Source: Bacteroidia bacterium (GTDB lineage: Bacteria > Bacteroidota > Bacteroidia > Bacteroidales > Paludibacteraceae). From it: DNA of 64,000 nt. The notes under the pieces are model-generated. The model made no database searches and had not been told where the DNA came from. It saw only the letters and a program-made list of their open reading frames with translations. Below, piece after piece: positions 46,561 through 60,629 of this stretch (the first letter of the stretch is position 1; each line of letters begins with the position of its first letter). The translations under genes and the position numbers were made by a program. The DNA lies in NCBI GenBank assembly GCA_009929375.1, contig SAAO01000003.1:53128-117127 (forward strand). The letters are read 5' to 3'.

Positions 46561-47763
46561 TCAAAGTTCCAAATCCACATCGTGCAATTCCACCCATGGA
46601 AGTCCGTGAATGTTGAGTTGTTCCATAAACGGATCGGGATTAAACTCTTCCACATTGTACACGCCCGGTTTTTTCCACAAACCTTTCATAAACATCATAG
46701 CACCAATCATGGCAGGCACACCTGTAGTGTAGCTTACGCCCTGAGTTCCGGTTTCCTTGTAAGCAGCTTCGTGACTGCAATTGTTGTACACATAGTAAGT
46801 TTTTTCCTTACCATCTTTGATACCTTTGATGCGGCAACCGATTGAAGTCCAGCCGGTGTAGTTTTCGCCAAGGTCGCCAGGATTCGGAAGTACCGCTTTC
46901 AGGAACTGAATAGGAACGATTTTCACACCGTTGTATTCCACTTCGTCGATACGGGCCATTCCGATATTCTGAATCACACGCAGGTGCGTCAGATATTCCT
47001 GACCAAAAGTCATCCAGAAACGTGCACGTTTGATGGTTGGGAAGTTTTTTACCAACGATTCAAGTTCTTCGTGATAAATCACATACGATTCCTTTGGACC
47101 AATTTCGGGATAATTCAGTGGTTTATGAATTTCGTGCGGTTCAGTTTCCACCCATTGTCCGTTTTCCCAGTATTTTCCACGTTGCGAAACTTCACGGATA
47201 TTGATTTCAGGATTGAAATTGGTAGCAAATGCTTTTCCATGGTCACCGGCATTACAGTCTACAATATCGAGATAATGAATTTCGTCGAAATGATGTTTGG
47301 CCGCATAAGCTGTAAAAATGCTGGTCACACCCGGATCAAAACCGCAACCCAGAATGGCTGTCAGCCCTGCTTTTTCGAATTTTTCTTTGTAAGCCCACTG
47401 CCAGCTGTATTCAAAATGAGCTTCGTCTTTCGGCTCATAATTAGCTGTGTCCATATAGTTTACACCGGCTTCGAGACAAGCATCCATAATAGTCAAATCC
47501 TGATAAGGAAGCGCCACATTGACAACAAGTTCCGGTTTGTAATCGTTTAAAAGAGCCACCAGCTCAGGCACTACATCAGCATCAACCTGTGCGGTTTTAA
47601 CATCCACACCGTAACGCGCCTTTACATCGGCTGCGATGATGTCGCATTTTGATTTGGTGCGACTGGCCAACATGATTTCAGTAAAAACATCCGGATTCTG
47701 TGCTACTTTATGTACCACCACGGTTCCAACACCTCCGGCACCGATAATCAATACTTTTCCCAT
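46561..47763 (-). CDS. Saccharopine-dehydrogenase-family carboxy(nor)spermidine dehydrogenase
   Basis: VLIIGAGGVGTVV Rossmann motif. 400 aa. Overall similarity to CANSDH/CASDH proteins as recalled. Polyamine genes lie nearby. Confidence 0.75.
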   Translation of the reverse strand: MGKVLIIGAGGVGTVVVHKVAQNPDVFTEIMLASRTKSKCDIIAADVKARYGVDVKTAQVDADVVPELVALLNDYKPELVVNVALPYQDLTIMDACLEAGVNYMDTANYEPKDEAHFEYSWQWAYKEKFEKAGLTAILGCGFDPGVTSIFTAYAAKHHFDEIHYLDIVDCNAGDHGKAFATNFNPEINIREVSQRGKYWENGQWVETEPHEIHKPLNYPEIGPKESYVIYHEELESLVKNFPTIKRARFWMTFGQEYLTHLRVIQNIGMARIDEVEYNGVKIVPIQFLKAVLPNPGDLGENYTGWTSIGCRIKGIKDGKEKTYYVYNNCSHEAAYKETGTQGVSYTTGVPAMIGAMMFMKGLWKKPGVYNVEEFNPDPFMEQLNIHGLPWVELHDVDLEL

Positions 47764-47810
47764 TTCTTGCTTTGAGTTAAAAGTTTTATTAGTTCAATTT
47801 TATAAGTGTA

Positions 47811-47818
47811 CAAAAATA
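47811..47818 (-). promoter_or_regulatory. -7 box TATTTTTG (minus strand)
   Basis: Exact TAnnTTTG, 48 nt upstream of ATG 47763. Confidence 0.45.
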
Positions 47819-47943
47819 CGTTTTTTTATGCAAACTGAAAAATTATGTTGATTATACCCTTTTGTGGTTTTGACCGATACATTTTTAGTCATTTATGGGA
47901 CAAAAATGATTAAACGAGACCCTATTAATAAAATATAAACATA

Positions 47944-47951
47944 TACCTTTG
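47944..47951 (+). promoter_or_regulatory. -7 box TACCTTTG
   Basis: Exact TAnnTTTG, 83 nt upstream of ATG 48034. Confidence 0.4.
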
Positions 47952-48018
47952 TAGCAATCTGATATTTGAAAAATCCGGGCTGCTTTATGAGTCTCAAAAC
48001 AACGCGTAAAGTCCCTGA

Positions 48019-52542
<4,524 letters not shown>

Positions 52543-52600
52543 ATATCAGCAGAGAAAGCCATCATACATCCTCACTAATTGCACTCACAGTTTTTTTCTT

Positions 52601-52608
52601 TATTTTTG
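52601..52608 (+). promoter_or_regulatory. -7 box TATTTTTG
   Basis: Exact TAnnTTTG, 46 nt upstream of ATG 52654. Confidence 0.45.
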
Positions 52609-52653
52609 CAAAAGATTTATACAGAATAATTTCCCGCAGAGGATTGCAGAAAC

Positions 52654-53670
52654 ATGAAAAAAATATTACCGGCCGAATGGGCTACACAGGACTTTGTGCA
52701 ACTTACATGGCCACATGCCGATACCGATTGGGCATATATGCTCGAAGAAGTTACTGAATGCTTTGTAAACATTGCCCGCGAAATAGTAAAACGCCAGCAA
52801 CTACTCATTGTGTGCGTGAATGCCGAAGAAGTGGAAACTTTTTTCAGCGAAGATGAATTACAACGCATCAGTTTTGCCGAAATGCCCACCAACGACACAT
52901 GGGCACGCGATCATGGCGGTATCACTGTATATGAAGATGGGAAAGCAGTGGTTTACGACTTTACATTCAATGGCTGGGGAATGAAGTTTGCAGCCAATCA
53001 CGACAATCAAATCACACGAAAACTATACCAATCGGGCATTTTTGAAGCATACGGCTACAGAAACTGTATGGACTTTGTGCTCGAAGGCGGCAGTATTGAG
53101 TCGGACGGAGAAGGAACTATTCTTACCACTTCCGAATGTCTGCTTTCGGACAACCGCAACAACAGCTCACGCGAAGTGGTTGAACAAAAGCTGAAAGATT
53201 ATTTCGGCGCAGAACAAATTCTGTGGCTCGACAATGGTTATCTGGCCGGCGACGATACCGACAGTCATGTGGACACGCTGGCACGACTTTGTCCCAACAA
53301 TACTATTGCGTATGTAAAATGTGATGACGAAACGGATGAACATTACGAAGCATTGAAAAAGATGGAAGAAGAATTGCAATCTTTCTCCACTTTAAAGGGT
53401 GGAGGTTCTTACAATCTTATTCCGCTGCCAATGGCTGATGCGGTATACGATGAAGATGAAGAACGTCTTCCCGCCACCTATGCCAATTTTCTGATTATCA
53501 ACGGAGCTGTACTTTTGCCGGTTTATAATTCCGAAAAAGATGCGATTGCTATTGCTCAAATGCAAAAAGCATTTCCCGAACACGAAATTGTACCCATCGA
53601 CTGCAATGCCCTGATCAAACAACATGGCTCGCTGCATTGCGTCACCATGCAATATCCAAAAAACATATGA
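52654..53670 (+). CDS. aguA: Agmatine deiminase
   Basis: PAEWATQ, WARDHGGI, GGSIESDGEGT, DSHVDTLAR, catalytic GSLHCVTMQ. 338 aa. Confidence 0.9.
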   Translation: MKKILPAEWATQDFVQLTWPHADTDWAYMLEEVTECFVNIAREIVKRQQLLIVCVNAEEVETFFSEDELQRISFAEMPTNDTWARDHGGITVYEDGKAVVYDFTFNGWGMKFAANHDNQITRKLYQSGIFEAYGYRNCMDFVLEGGSIESDGEGTILTTSECLLSDNRNNSSREVVEQKLKDYFGAEQILWLDNGYLAGDDTDSHVDTLARLCPNNTIAYVKCDDETDEHYEALKKMEEELQSFSTLKGGGSYNLIPLPMADAVYDEDEERLPATYANFLIINGAVLLPVYNSEKDAIAIAQMQKAFPEHEIVPIDCNALIKQHGSLHCVTMQYPKNI

Positions 53671-54545
53671 AAATAGCTTTAATACAACAAACAAATACAG
53701 CCAACCGCCACGAAAATGTGGCCAAACTGGAATCGAATATACGTAAAGCAGCAGCTGAAGGCGCTGAACTTATTGTACTGCAGGAACTTCACAATGGACT
53801 GTATTTTTGCCAGACCGAAGACACCAATGTGTTCGAACAGGCCGAAACCATTCCGGGTCCATCAACCGAATCATTCGGACAACTCGCAGCCGAACTGGGC
53901 GTAGTCATTGTGCTTTCGCTCTTTGAAAAACGTGCTGCCGGGCTTTATCACAATACCGCTGTGGTGCTCGAAAAAGATGGAAGCATAGCCGGGAAATACC
54001 GCAAAATGCATATTCCGGATGATCCTGCTTATTACGAAAAGTTCTATTTCACACCGGGTGATCTGGGTTTTGAACCCATTCAGACTTCGGTTGGGAAACT
54101 CGGCGTACTTGTTTGTTGGGATCAATGGTACCCCGAAGCAGCAAGACTAATGGCTATGGCCGGCGCCGAATTGCTGATTTATCCTACCGCCATTGGTTGG
54201 GAAAGTTCCGACACCGACGAAGAAAAAACCCGTCAACTCAATGCATGGATTACCGTGCAACGTGGTCATGCAGTAGCCAACGGCTTGCATGTACTTTCGT
54301 GCAACCGCACAGGTCACGAAGCCGATCCTTCGGGCGTGACAAACGGTATTCAGTTTTGGGGAAATAGTTTTGTGGCTGGTCCGCAGGGCGAATTTCTGGC
54401 ACAGGCAGCTAACGATAAAGAAGAAAACATCGTCATTGACATCGACCTGCAACGTTCCGAAAATGTGCGTCGCTGGTGGCCATTCTTTCGCGATCGTCGC
54501 ATCGATGCTTTCGGCGACATTACAAAACGATGGAGAGACGAATAA
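53667..54545 (+). CDS. aguB: N-carbamoylputrescine amidase (nitrilase superfamily)
   Basis: ATGA overlap with aguA. E..K..C triad context (LQELH, YRKMHIP, VLVCWDQWYPE). Confidence 0.9.
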   Translation: MKIALIQQTNTANRHENVAKLESNIRKAAAEGAELIVLQELHNGLYFCQTEDTNVFEQAETIPGPSTESFGQLAAELGVVIVLSLFEKRAAGLYHNTAVVLEKDGSIAGKYRKMHIPDDPAYYEKFYFTPGDLGFEPIQTSVGKLGVLVCWDQWYPEAARLMAMAGAELLIYPTAIGWESSDTDEEKTRQLNAWITVQRGHAVANGLHVLSCNRTGHEADPSGVTNGIQFWGNSFVAGPQGEFLAQAANDKEENIVIDIDLQRSENVRRWWPFFRDRRIDAFGDITKRWRDE

Positions 54546-54554
54546 TAGTATTTA

Positions 54555-54642
54555 GTTTTGAGTTCAAGAGTTTCAGAGTTCAGGGTTCAGGGTTTCGGAT
54601 TTGAAAATTCGAAATTCGAAATTTAAAGATTTCGGGCTTCGG
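54555..54642. repeat. 7-8-nt word-stutter tract (GTTCAGG / ATTCGAA words) 9 nt after the aguB stop
   Basis: gttttgagttcaagagtttcagagttcagggttcagggtttcggatttgaaaattcgaaattcgaaatttaaagatttcgggcttcgg. Shares GATTTGAAAATT with the reverse complement of 10493..10504 and 10509..10520. Confidence 0.7.
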
Positions 54643-54780
54643 AAATGATTCTCAATAAATCACGTATCCAACAGTCTTTTGTATTTGTTCTTTGATCTTT
54701 ACTCTATAGTATTGATTAAGATTATTGAAAATGCAACCTTTTTTTTGAGCTGACTTTGCAATTGATTAACAATAAAATGC

Positions 54781-54788
54781 TATTTTTG
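54781..54788 (+). promoter_or_regulatory. -7 box TATTTTTG
   Basis: Exact TAnnTTTG, 33 nt upstream of ATG 54821. Confidence 0.45.
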
Positions 54789-54820
54789 CCACTGTAACTG
54801 ATTAAAGCACAAAGCAAAGA

Positions 54821-55633
54821 ATGAAGTTTTCGGACAACAAGGCAAAAATAATTCAATATATGCTGTGGTGGACAGGTTTTGCGATGCTGCAAACACTGTC
54901 GTTCCACAGCATTTTTTCGTTGCCTTTCTACATTATTCTGGCCGATGCTGTTTTTCACTCCTTGCTTTATGCGCTGTTAGGAATGTTGCTTTGGAATGCA
55001 TTGCGCTATGGAAATTTCGGTGCGCTGCCTGCGCTCCAACGCATTATCAACTATACTGCACTCGGATTGCTTACGCTTGCAATTACTGCCGGAGCCGGTT
55101 ATGGGTTTGAATATTTATTAAACGTTTCCGAAGAATTTCTACCTTATCTGCCTGCCCGTACTTTTATTCATTTGCTGGTATTTATTCTTATTATTCAGTC
55201 GTTTATTATCAGGAATAATAAAAATAATGCAGATGAAATGACCGAACAATTTCAGGAAACAGATGAAGAAGATGAAGATGCGCCAACATTACAAAATACT
55301 GAAATTCTGGAACGAATTGCAGTAAAATCCGGTTCTAAAATCAACATGATTCCTGTGCAGGAAATACTTTGTCTTCAGGCCGATGGCGACTACGTGCACA
55401 TTCACACCCTGAAAGGAAAGTACATGAAGGAGCAAACCATGAAAAGTTTCGAACGGGCACTTCCTCCGGGTCAGTTTGTGCGCGTGCACCGTTCGTGCAT
55501 AGTGAATATCGAATCGATTACCGGCATCGAGCTATACGAAAAACAAAGCCGTCTTCTCACATTGAAAAACGGCTTTAAAATTAAAGTGAGTCAAGCAGGC
55601 TATGCAGTGCTGAAAGAAAGACTAAATCTCTGA
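54821..55633 (+). CDS. Membrane-anchored LytTR-domain DNA-binding protein
   Basis: About 4 TM helices, an acidic linker (ETDEEDEDA), and a C-terminal LytTR domain (ILCLQADGDYVHIHT...FVRVHRSCIVN). Confidence 0.75.
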   Translation: MKFSDNKAKIIQYMLWWTGFAMLQTLSFHSIFSLPFYIILADAVFHSLLYALLGMLLWNALRYGNFGALPALQRIINYTALGLLTLAITAGAGYGFEYLLNVSEEFLPYLPARTFIHLLVFILIIQSFIIRNNKNNADEMTEQFQETDEEDEDAPTLQNTEILERIAVKSGSKINMIPVQEILCLQADGDYVHIHTLKGKYMKEQTMKSFERALPPGQFVRVHRSCIVNIESITGIELYEKQSRLLTLKNGFKIKVSQAGYAVLKERLNL

Positions 55634-55637
55634 GAAA

Positions 55638-56918
55638 TTACTTTTTTTCAAGCTGTTTACTAATCTTTTTAATGGCTGTTTCGATAGGTTTTTCAGGCTC
55701 AATCACATTAAATTCGCCCCAAAACTCAGGATCGGAAAAACCGCTGGCCTCATCGGCAATAATTACACCGGGACGAAGACGTCCACTTCTTTCAGGAGCT
55801 TTTGTACCACCGGCATCTTCCCAGTCTGTCACAGCCATTTCAATTACACTTAAATATTTAGTATCAAAAAGTTTACGTTTCCACTTTATGCGCAAATCAA
55901 GTTCAATACGGCTGTAGCCATAATACCATTTCCCGTTTTGTTCAAAGAAATCCATTCGATACGAGGCTTTCTCTGGAATTACATTCGCATTGAAAGGCTT
56001 TTTTACTATAAAAATTTTTGATGCTTCGGCTTTGTTCTTCAGATTCATATCGAACACAGCGCTTTTAATAGCCATGGTCTGTGCATCAATATAGAGTTTT
56101 CCGTAAAACAGAGGCAGATCCACAGAAATTACCTGCTGAAAATTAATGACATAAATAAGTCTGTCGTCCAAACGGGTGGAACGATCGAAACTGAAATTGT
56201 AGTTTTCAAACATTTTATCGGTGAAGATCATCTCCGGATATTTAACCACATCAAGATAAAGTGAGTTGAACGGACCTCCCATAAGTTTAAAAACCAGCGT
56301 ATCAAGCCTTTCGTAATCGGTTTTTTTACGCGATTTATACAATTTCACCACATCTGTTTTGTACGAAGGGTATGGTTGCTTGTATACATCTACAACAGCT
56401 TCGGCCACAGACACATAATTACGGTTTTTCCGTATGGTTTCGCGATAAAAAGCAGTCATAGACATTTCGCTGCCGGGATAATTCTTTGTAATACGTTCGA
56501 AAACCGCAGTCATAATCATATCAGCATCCTTCGAAATCACACTAACCTCAGGCAACTCCACCGACACCGGCTCAAGTTCTATTTTGTAATACGCCAATGG
56601 ATTTTCATCAGGTATTATAACCCTGTTTCGATAACCCACATACCGGAAAAGAATTTTGTGTGTTTTTTTCGAAACCGGAATCTTCAGCACAAATTCGCCA
56701 TTCGTATTCGAAACTGTGGAAATATTCGTTCCCAACACCGAAATATTGGCAAAAGCCAGTGCATTTCCGGTCGATTTATCGAGCACAACACCCTTATATT
56801 CCACATAAGCTTCGGCCTTCTCCTCAGCCAACACATTTTCGGAAAAAAGAACAACTGTCAATACCAAAACAACCGGCAGTAACCGATTTAGCAATTTATA
56901 AATATTCTGTGCTTTCAT
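55638..56918 (-). CDS. Carboxypeptidase-regulatory-like domain protein (secreted, unknown function)
   Basis: Start uncertain: ATG 56918 (MKAQNIYKLLNRLLPVVLVLTVVLF) or 56942. YKGVVLDKSTGNALAFANISVLGTNISTVSNTNGEFVLK is a CarboxypepD_reg domain. Confidence 0.6.
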   Translation of the reverse strand: MKAQNIYKLLNRLLPVVLVLTVVLFSENVLAEEKAEAYVEYKGVVLDKSTGNALAFANISVLGTNISTVSNTNGEFVLKIPVSKKTHKILFRYVGYRNRVIIPDENPLAYYKIELEPVSVELPEVSVISKDADMIMTAVFERITKNYPGSEMSMTAFYRETIRKNRNYVSVAEAVVDVYKQPYPSYKTDVVKLYKSRKKTDYERLDTLVFKLMGGPFNSLYLDVVKYPEMIFTDKMFENYNFSFDRSTRLDDRLIYVINFQQVISVDLPLFYGKLYIDAQTMAIKSAVFDMNLKNKAEASKIFIVKKPFNANVIPEKASYRMDFFEQNGKWYYGYSRIELDLRIKWKRKLFDTKYLSVIEMAVTDWEDAGGTKAPERSGRLRPGVIIADEASGFSDPEFWGEFNVIEPEKPIETAIKKISKQLEKK

Positions 56919-57150
56919 GGCATTTATATTATTGTAATTCATTGTATTTAATTGAATGCAAATTAAACCGATTTTGTTCGTTCTGACAAATTTTTGAATA
57001 AAAATCGAATACCAACACTTTTTAGTCTGATATTTTATGTAGCCTTCCCTACTCTTTTTTGAGTAATGCTTCAAAAAAATACCTACATTAAGGTATTGTA
57101 AAAAGCCCTGAATAGTGCGAAATTTGCAAAGTGTTTTTTCAACAAAAGAT

Positions 57151-57183
57151 ATTTAGTTAGTATTGTTTGTATTAGTTAGTCTG
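57151..57183. repeat. TTAGTTAGT word-stutter tract in a divergent intergenic region
   Basis: atttagttagtattgtttgtattagttagtctg. Confidence 0.45.
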
Positions 57184-57186
57184 TAT

Positions 57187-57226
57187 AATTTATCCGAATG
57201 AATAGCCATAAGCATTCGGATAAATT
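57187..57226. promoter_or_regulatory. Perfect 14-bp inverted repeat (hairpin or operator) in the divergent promoter region
   Basis: AATTTATCCGAATG-aatagccataag-CATTCGGATAAATT, 115 nt upstream of ATG 57341. Confidence 0.5.
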
Positions 57227-57340
57227 TACTATTTTCTATACTTTTAGCATCACAAATCAAACTTTTACTACGGTGCTGCGTTTAACTTACTCCAATATAT
57301 AGTTCTCCTGCATTTATTCAACGAAAAATAATATCCGGTT

Positions 57341-58045
57341 ATGTTCAGTAATCATAAGTTCAACGAGCGATCGCGCATGAGCGAAATCATCAACGAAGAT
57401 GCTTCGCTCCTTCTCACCATCAGCAGATTTGGTATCTCGCTTGGTTTTGGCGATAAAACGGTGAAAGAAGCCTGCGAAGCAAACAACATTCATTGCAAAA
57501 CCTTTCTGGCTGTGACCAATTTTATTGCCGAAGGTAATGTAATCGTTCACGAAACTTACGAACACATTTCCATTGAATCAGTTATAAACTATCTGAAAAA
57601 TGCACATCATTATTTCCTTACCTACAAACTGCCATCTATCAGAGCCAAACTGATGGAAGCTGTGGAATCGTCGGATCAGAGCGAGCCATACAAGGTGGTT
57701 TTTATGAAATTTTTCGACGAATATTTTCAGGAAGTGCGCAAACATATGGATTACGAAGACAGAACAGTGTTCCCATATGTAATGCGTCTTTTAGCAGGTT
57801 CGCCCGATAAAAAATATAAGATTGCAAATTTCGAGGAACATCACACCGATGTGGACTCAAAGCTTTCGGAATTGAAAAATATCATTGTGAAGTACTATCC
57901 TTCGAAAGGACATAACTACAAAATGAACGATGTACTGTTCGATTTGTATGCCTGCGAAAAAGACCTTGCACTGCACAATATGATTGAAGATTTTTTCTTC
58001 GTCCCGGTGATTGAAGCCATTGAGAAAAAAAACAATAAGTCATGA
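57341..58045 (+). CDS. Hemerythrin (HHE cation-binding) domain protein, RIC/ScdA-like
   Basis: His/Glu ligand pattern (NAHHYF, VRKHMDYED, FEEHHTDVD, LHNMIED). N-terminal ScdA_N-like segment. Alternative start ATG 57377. Confidence 0.6.
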   Translation: MFSNHKFNERSRMSEIINEDASLLLTISRFGISLGFGDKTVKEACEANNIHCKTFLAVTNFIAEGNVIVHETYEHISIESVINYLKNAHHYFLTYKLPSIRAKLMEAVESSDQSEPYKVVFMKFFDEYFQEVRKHMDYEDRTVFPYVMRLLAGSPDKKYKIANFEEHHTDVDSKLSELKNIIVKYYPSKGHNYKMNDVLFDLYACEKDLALHNMIEDFFFVPVIEAIEKKNNKS

Positions 58046-58650
58046 ATGATCTGAATCTGAAAATTGCCATTGCCGAACCGTCAGTCATTGTGCGCAGCGG
58101 ACTTGCTGTGGCGCTGAAACGCATTCCGGGCATTCATGCACAAACTTTCGAAATAAGTTCGCAGGAATTTCTGGCCAACTACATAAAACTGCACAAACCC
58201 GATTTGCTGATTGTAAACCCGCTTTACTGGGGGACTCTGGACATGAGCAAACTCAAAGACGAAGCCGGACACCAGACTTTACGCTGTATTGCGCTCGTCA
58301 CCGGAGCTCTCGACGATAATTTCCTGAAACAGTACGACGAGAAATTCTCGCTTTACGACAGCGTTGATCAGCTCAGAACAAAGCTAAACAAAGTGTTCGA
58401 AGCCGAAACAATTGAGCCCGACGAAGAAACAGACACACTCAGCGTACGCGAAAAAGAAATACTCACCTGCGTGGTAAAAGGTCAAACCAACAAAGAAATT
58501 GCGCAGTCGCTTTTCCTTTCAACTCACACAGTCATTACGCACCGGCGAAACATTGCACGTAAACTGGGCATCCACAGCACTGCAGGACTCACCATTTATG
58601 CCATTGTAAACAAACTTATCGAACTCGACGACATAAAAAAGGATCTTTAA
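58042..58650 (+). CDS. LuxR/NarL-type HTH regulator with a degenerate (pseudo-)receiver domain
   Basis: ATGA overlap with the hemerythrin gene. C-terminal LSVREKEILTCVVKGQTNKEIAQSLFLSTHTVITHRRNI is a LuxR HTH. The receiver-like N-terminus has EP in place of the DD pair and LLIVNP in place of the phospho-acceptor Asp. Confidence 0.75.
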   Translation: MNDLNLKIAIAEPSVIVRSGLAVALKRIPGIHAQTFEISSQEFLANYIKLHKPDLLIVNPLYWGTLDMSKLKDEAGHQTLRCIALVTGALDDNFLKQYDEKFSLYDSVDQLRTKLNKVFEAETIEPDEETDTLSVREKEILTCVVKGQTNKEIAQSLFLSTHTVITHRRNIARKLGIHSTAGLTIYAIVNKLIELDDIKKDL

Positions 58651-58671
58651 TCAGTATTTAAAAAACAAAAA

Positions 58672-58711
58672 AAAACTGCATTTCGGAGTATTAATTCCGG
58701 TATGCAGTTTT
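58672..58711. terminator. Bidirectional terminator between the LuxR-type gene and the PNP gene
   Basis: AAAACTGCAT-...-ATGCAGTTTT. Confidence 0.7.
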
Positions 58712-58734
58712 TTGTATAATATTAAAATCTACTA

Positions 58735-59547
58735 TCAGATTTCTTTGATAAGCTCTTTCATAATCAGCGTCATAAGTGGTTGCACTTTATTACCGATTTC
58801 CTGTACCTCTTCATGAGTCACTTCCACAATTTTACCCGGCACACCAAGGTCGGTAATAATTGACATGCCGAAACAACGCATACCGCTGTGGTTAGCCACA
58901 ATCACCTCAGGCACAGTACTCATACCCACCGCATCACCTCCGATCGTACGGAAATAGCGATATTCAGCAGGAGTTTCGAAAGTAGGACCAGTAGTACCCA
59001 CATAAACACCTTCAACCACTTTGATATTGTTGCGGGCGGCAATCGCTTTGGCTTTGGCAATCATATCTTTCGAATAAGCTTCGCTCATATCAGGAAAACG
59101 CGGGCCAAGTTCGTTGAAATTTTTACCACGAAGCGGATGTTCAGGGAAAAGATTGAGATGATCGGTAATAATCATCAAATCGCCGATTTCGAAATCGGGA
59201 TGTACGCCACCCGAAGCATTCGAAACGAGTAAATTTTCGATACCAATGGCTTTCATTACCCGCACCGGAAAAGTTACAGCTTTCATATCGTAACCTTCGT
59301 AATAATGAAAACGTCCCTGCATAGCAAGCACTTCCACATCACCCAGTTTTCCAAAAATAAGCTTTCCGCTATGTCCCTCTACTGTGGACACCGGAAAATT
59401 GGGAATGGTTTCGTATGGAATCTCGGTTTTATCAGTAATTTGTGTCACCAGATTACCCAATCCGGTACCCAGAATAATGCCTGTTTTAGGACTTCCGGAA
59501 ATTTTTGATTTCAGGAAATCAGCGGTTTCTTGTATTTTCTGCAACAT
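58735..59547 (-). CDS. Purine nucleoside phosphorylase (PNP/PunA type)
   Basis: GIILGTGLG, VEGHSGKL, QGRFHYYEG, GMSTVPEV. 270 aa. Confidence 0.9.
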   Translation of the reverse strand: MLQKIQETADFLKSKISGSPKTGIILGTGLGNLVTQITDKTEIPYETIPNFPVSTVEGHSGKLIFGKLGDVEVLAMQGRFHYYEGYDMKAVTFPVRVMKAIGIENLLVSNASGGVHPDFEIGDLMIITDHLNLFPEHPLRGKNFNELGPRFPDMSEAYSKDMIAKAKAIAARNNIKVVEGVYVGTTGPTFETPAEYRYFRTIGGDAVGMSTVPEVIVANHSGMRCFGMSIITDLGVPGKIVEVTHEEVQEIGNKVQPLMTLIMKELIKEI

Positions 59548-60598
59548 AATTCTTAATTTTTTGTATAAATATATCTTCTTTGTTGATGATAGAGACTTTT
59601 ATTGGTAAATAATAAATAAATGGCTTAAGCGTATCCGGAAAATCGGCATTGTTCACGAGTCGTGCAGCATCCTTTTCGGTAGTGATAATCACTTTTTCTG
59701 CTTGCGACAACTGCTCAAAAGTGCTTTCAATCTTCCTGAAATCCTGTTTTGCAAACTGGTAATGATCAGGAAAAATGAGAGTTTCGGGACTGCTGCAGTA
59801 TTCCTGAATTTTTGCCACTGCATGTTCGGGCGAAACAATTCCCGCCACAAAAAGCACCTGTTTATTCGCCGATTTTATATTTTCGAGCGATTCGGGCAAT
59901 GCTTCATTCTCAAAAACAGGCTTCAACGGCTCGTAGCTTGTTTGCGAAAAAAACAATGACTGATAAGGCATCGGATTCAGTTCTGTTTCCACCACACGCA
60001 AATCAATAGGCTTAATATCGTCGGGACATTTGGTTACAATGATAATATCCGCTCTTAAACTACTGAAACTGCTCTCGCGTAAACGACCTGCAGGCAGCAT
60101 TCTATCGCGTGTATAAAGCTGATTATAATCGGTCAACAGAACACTCAGTCCGGGTTTCAGCGAGCGATGCTGAAAACCATCGTCGAGCACGGCAACCTGT
60201 ATTTCAGGGTTCGCTTTTATCAGTCGCGAAATTCCCTCCACACGGTTTTCGCAAACTGCCACTGTTGTTTGCGGAAACTTACGCATAATCTGGTATGGCT
60301 CGTCGCCGATTTTCTGACTGGTGCTTGATTCGTTGGCAATTATAAATCCGCGTGATTTTCGCTTATAACCTCTGCTGAGCATTGCTGTTTTATAGTTCTC
60401 GCTCAGAATCGAAAGCAAAAGCTCGACATGAGGTGTTTTTCCCGATCCTCCGGCCGACAAATTCCCAACCACTATTACCGGAAGTTTAAACGACTTCGAT
60501 TTCAACATATTTTTGTCGTACAGCCAGTTACGCACATTTGCCACAAAAGCATATAACCACGAAAGCGGAATCAATATGTAAAATAAAAACTGTTTCAA
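59519..60598 (-). CDS. lpxK: Tetraacyldisaccharide 4'-kinase
   Basis: P-loop GNLSAGGSGKTP, preceded by PLSWLYAFVANVRNWLY. Start proposed at TTG 60598 because an exact -7 box (60622..60629) lies inside the longer TTG-60706 ORF. The 3' end overlaps the PNP start by 29 nt. Confidence 0.8.
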   Translation of the reverse strand: MKQFLFYILIPLSWLYAFVANVRNWLYDKNMLKSKSFKLPVIVVGNLSAGGSGKTPHVELLLSILSENYKTAMLSRGYKRKSRGFIIANESSTSQKIGDEPYQIMRKFPQTTVAVCENRVEGISRLIKANPEIQVAVLDDGFQHRSLKPGLSVLLTDYNQLYTRDRMLPAGRLRESSFSSLRADIIIVTKCPDDIKPIDLRVVETELNPMPYQSLFFSQTSYEPLKPVFENEALPESLENIKSANKQVLFVAGIVSPEHAVAKIQEYCSSPETLIFPDHYQFAKQDFRKIESTFEQLSQAEKVIITTEKDAARLVNNADFPDTLKPFIYYLPIKVSIINKEDIFIQKIKNYVAENTRNR

Positions 60599-60621
60599 AC
60601 CTCTTAATTTTGGGGGAATCA

Positions 60622-60629
60622 CAAAGATA
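60622..60629 (-). promoter_or_regulatory. -7 box TATCTTTG (minus strand) for lpxK
   Basis: Exact TAnnTTTG, 24 nt upstream of TTG 60598. Confidence 0.4.

Noticed and set aside
46534-46845. 103-aa plus-strand ORF downstream of pnuC.
   Set aside because: It starts inside the bidirectional terminator and runs antisense to the well-supported carboxyspermidine dehydrogenase gene.
54555-54642. Translating the stutter tracts as small proteins, for example FRVQGSGFRI... or TKGTKDTKRH-type peptides.
   Set aside because: They have no start codon or promoter context, contain stops in frame, and are purely repeat-driven in composition.
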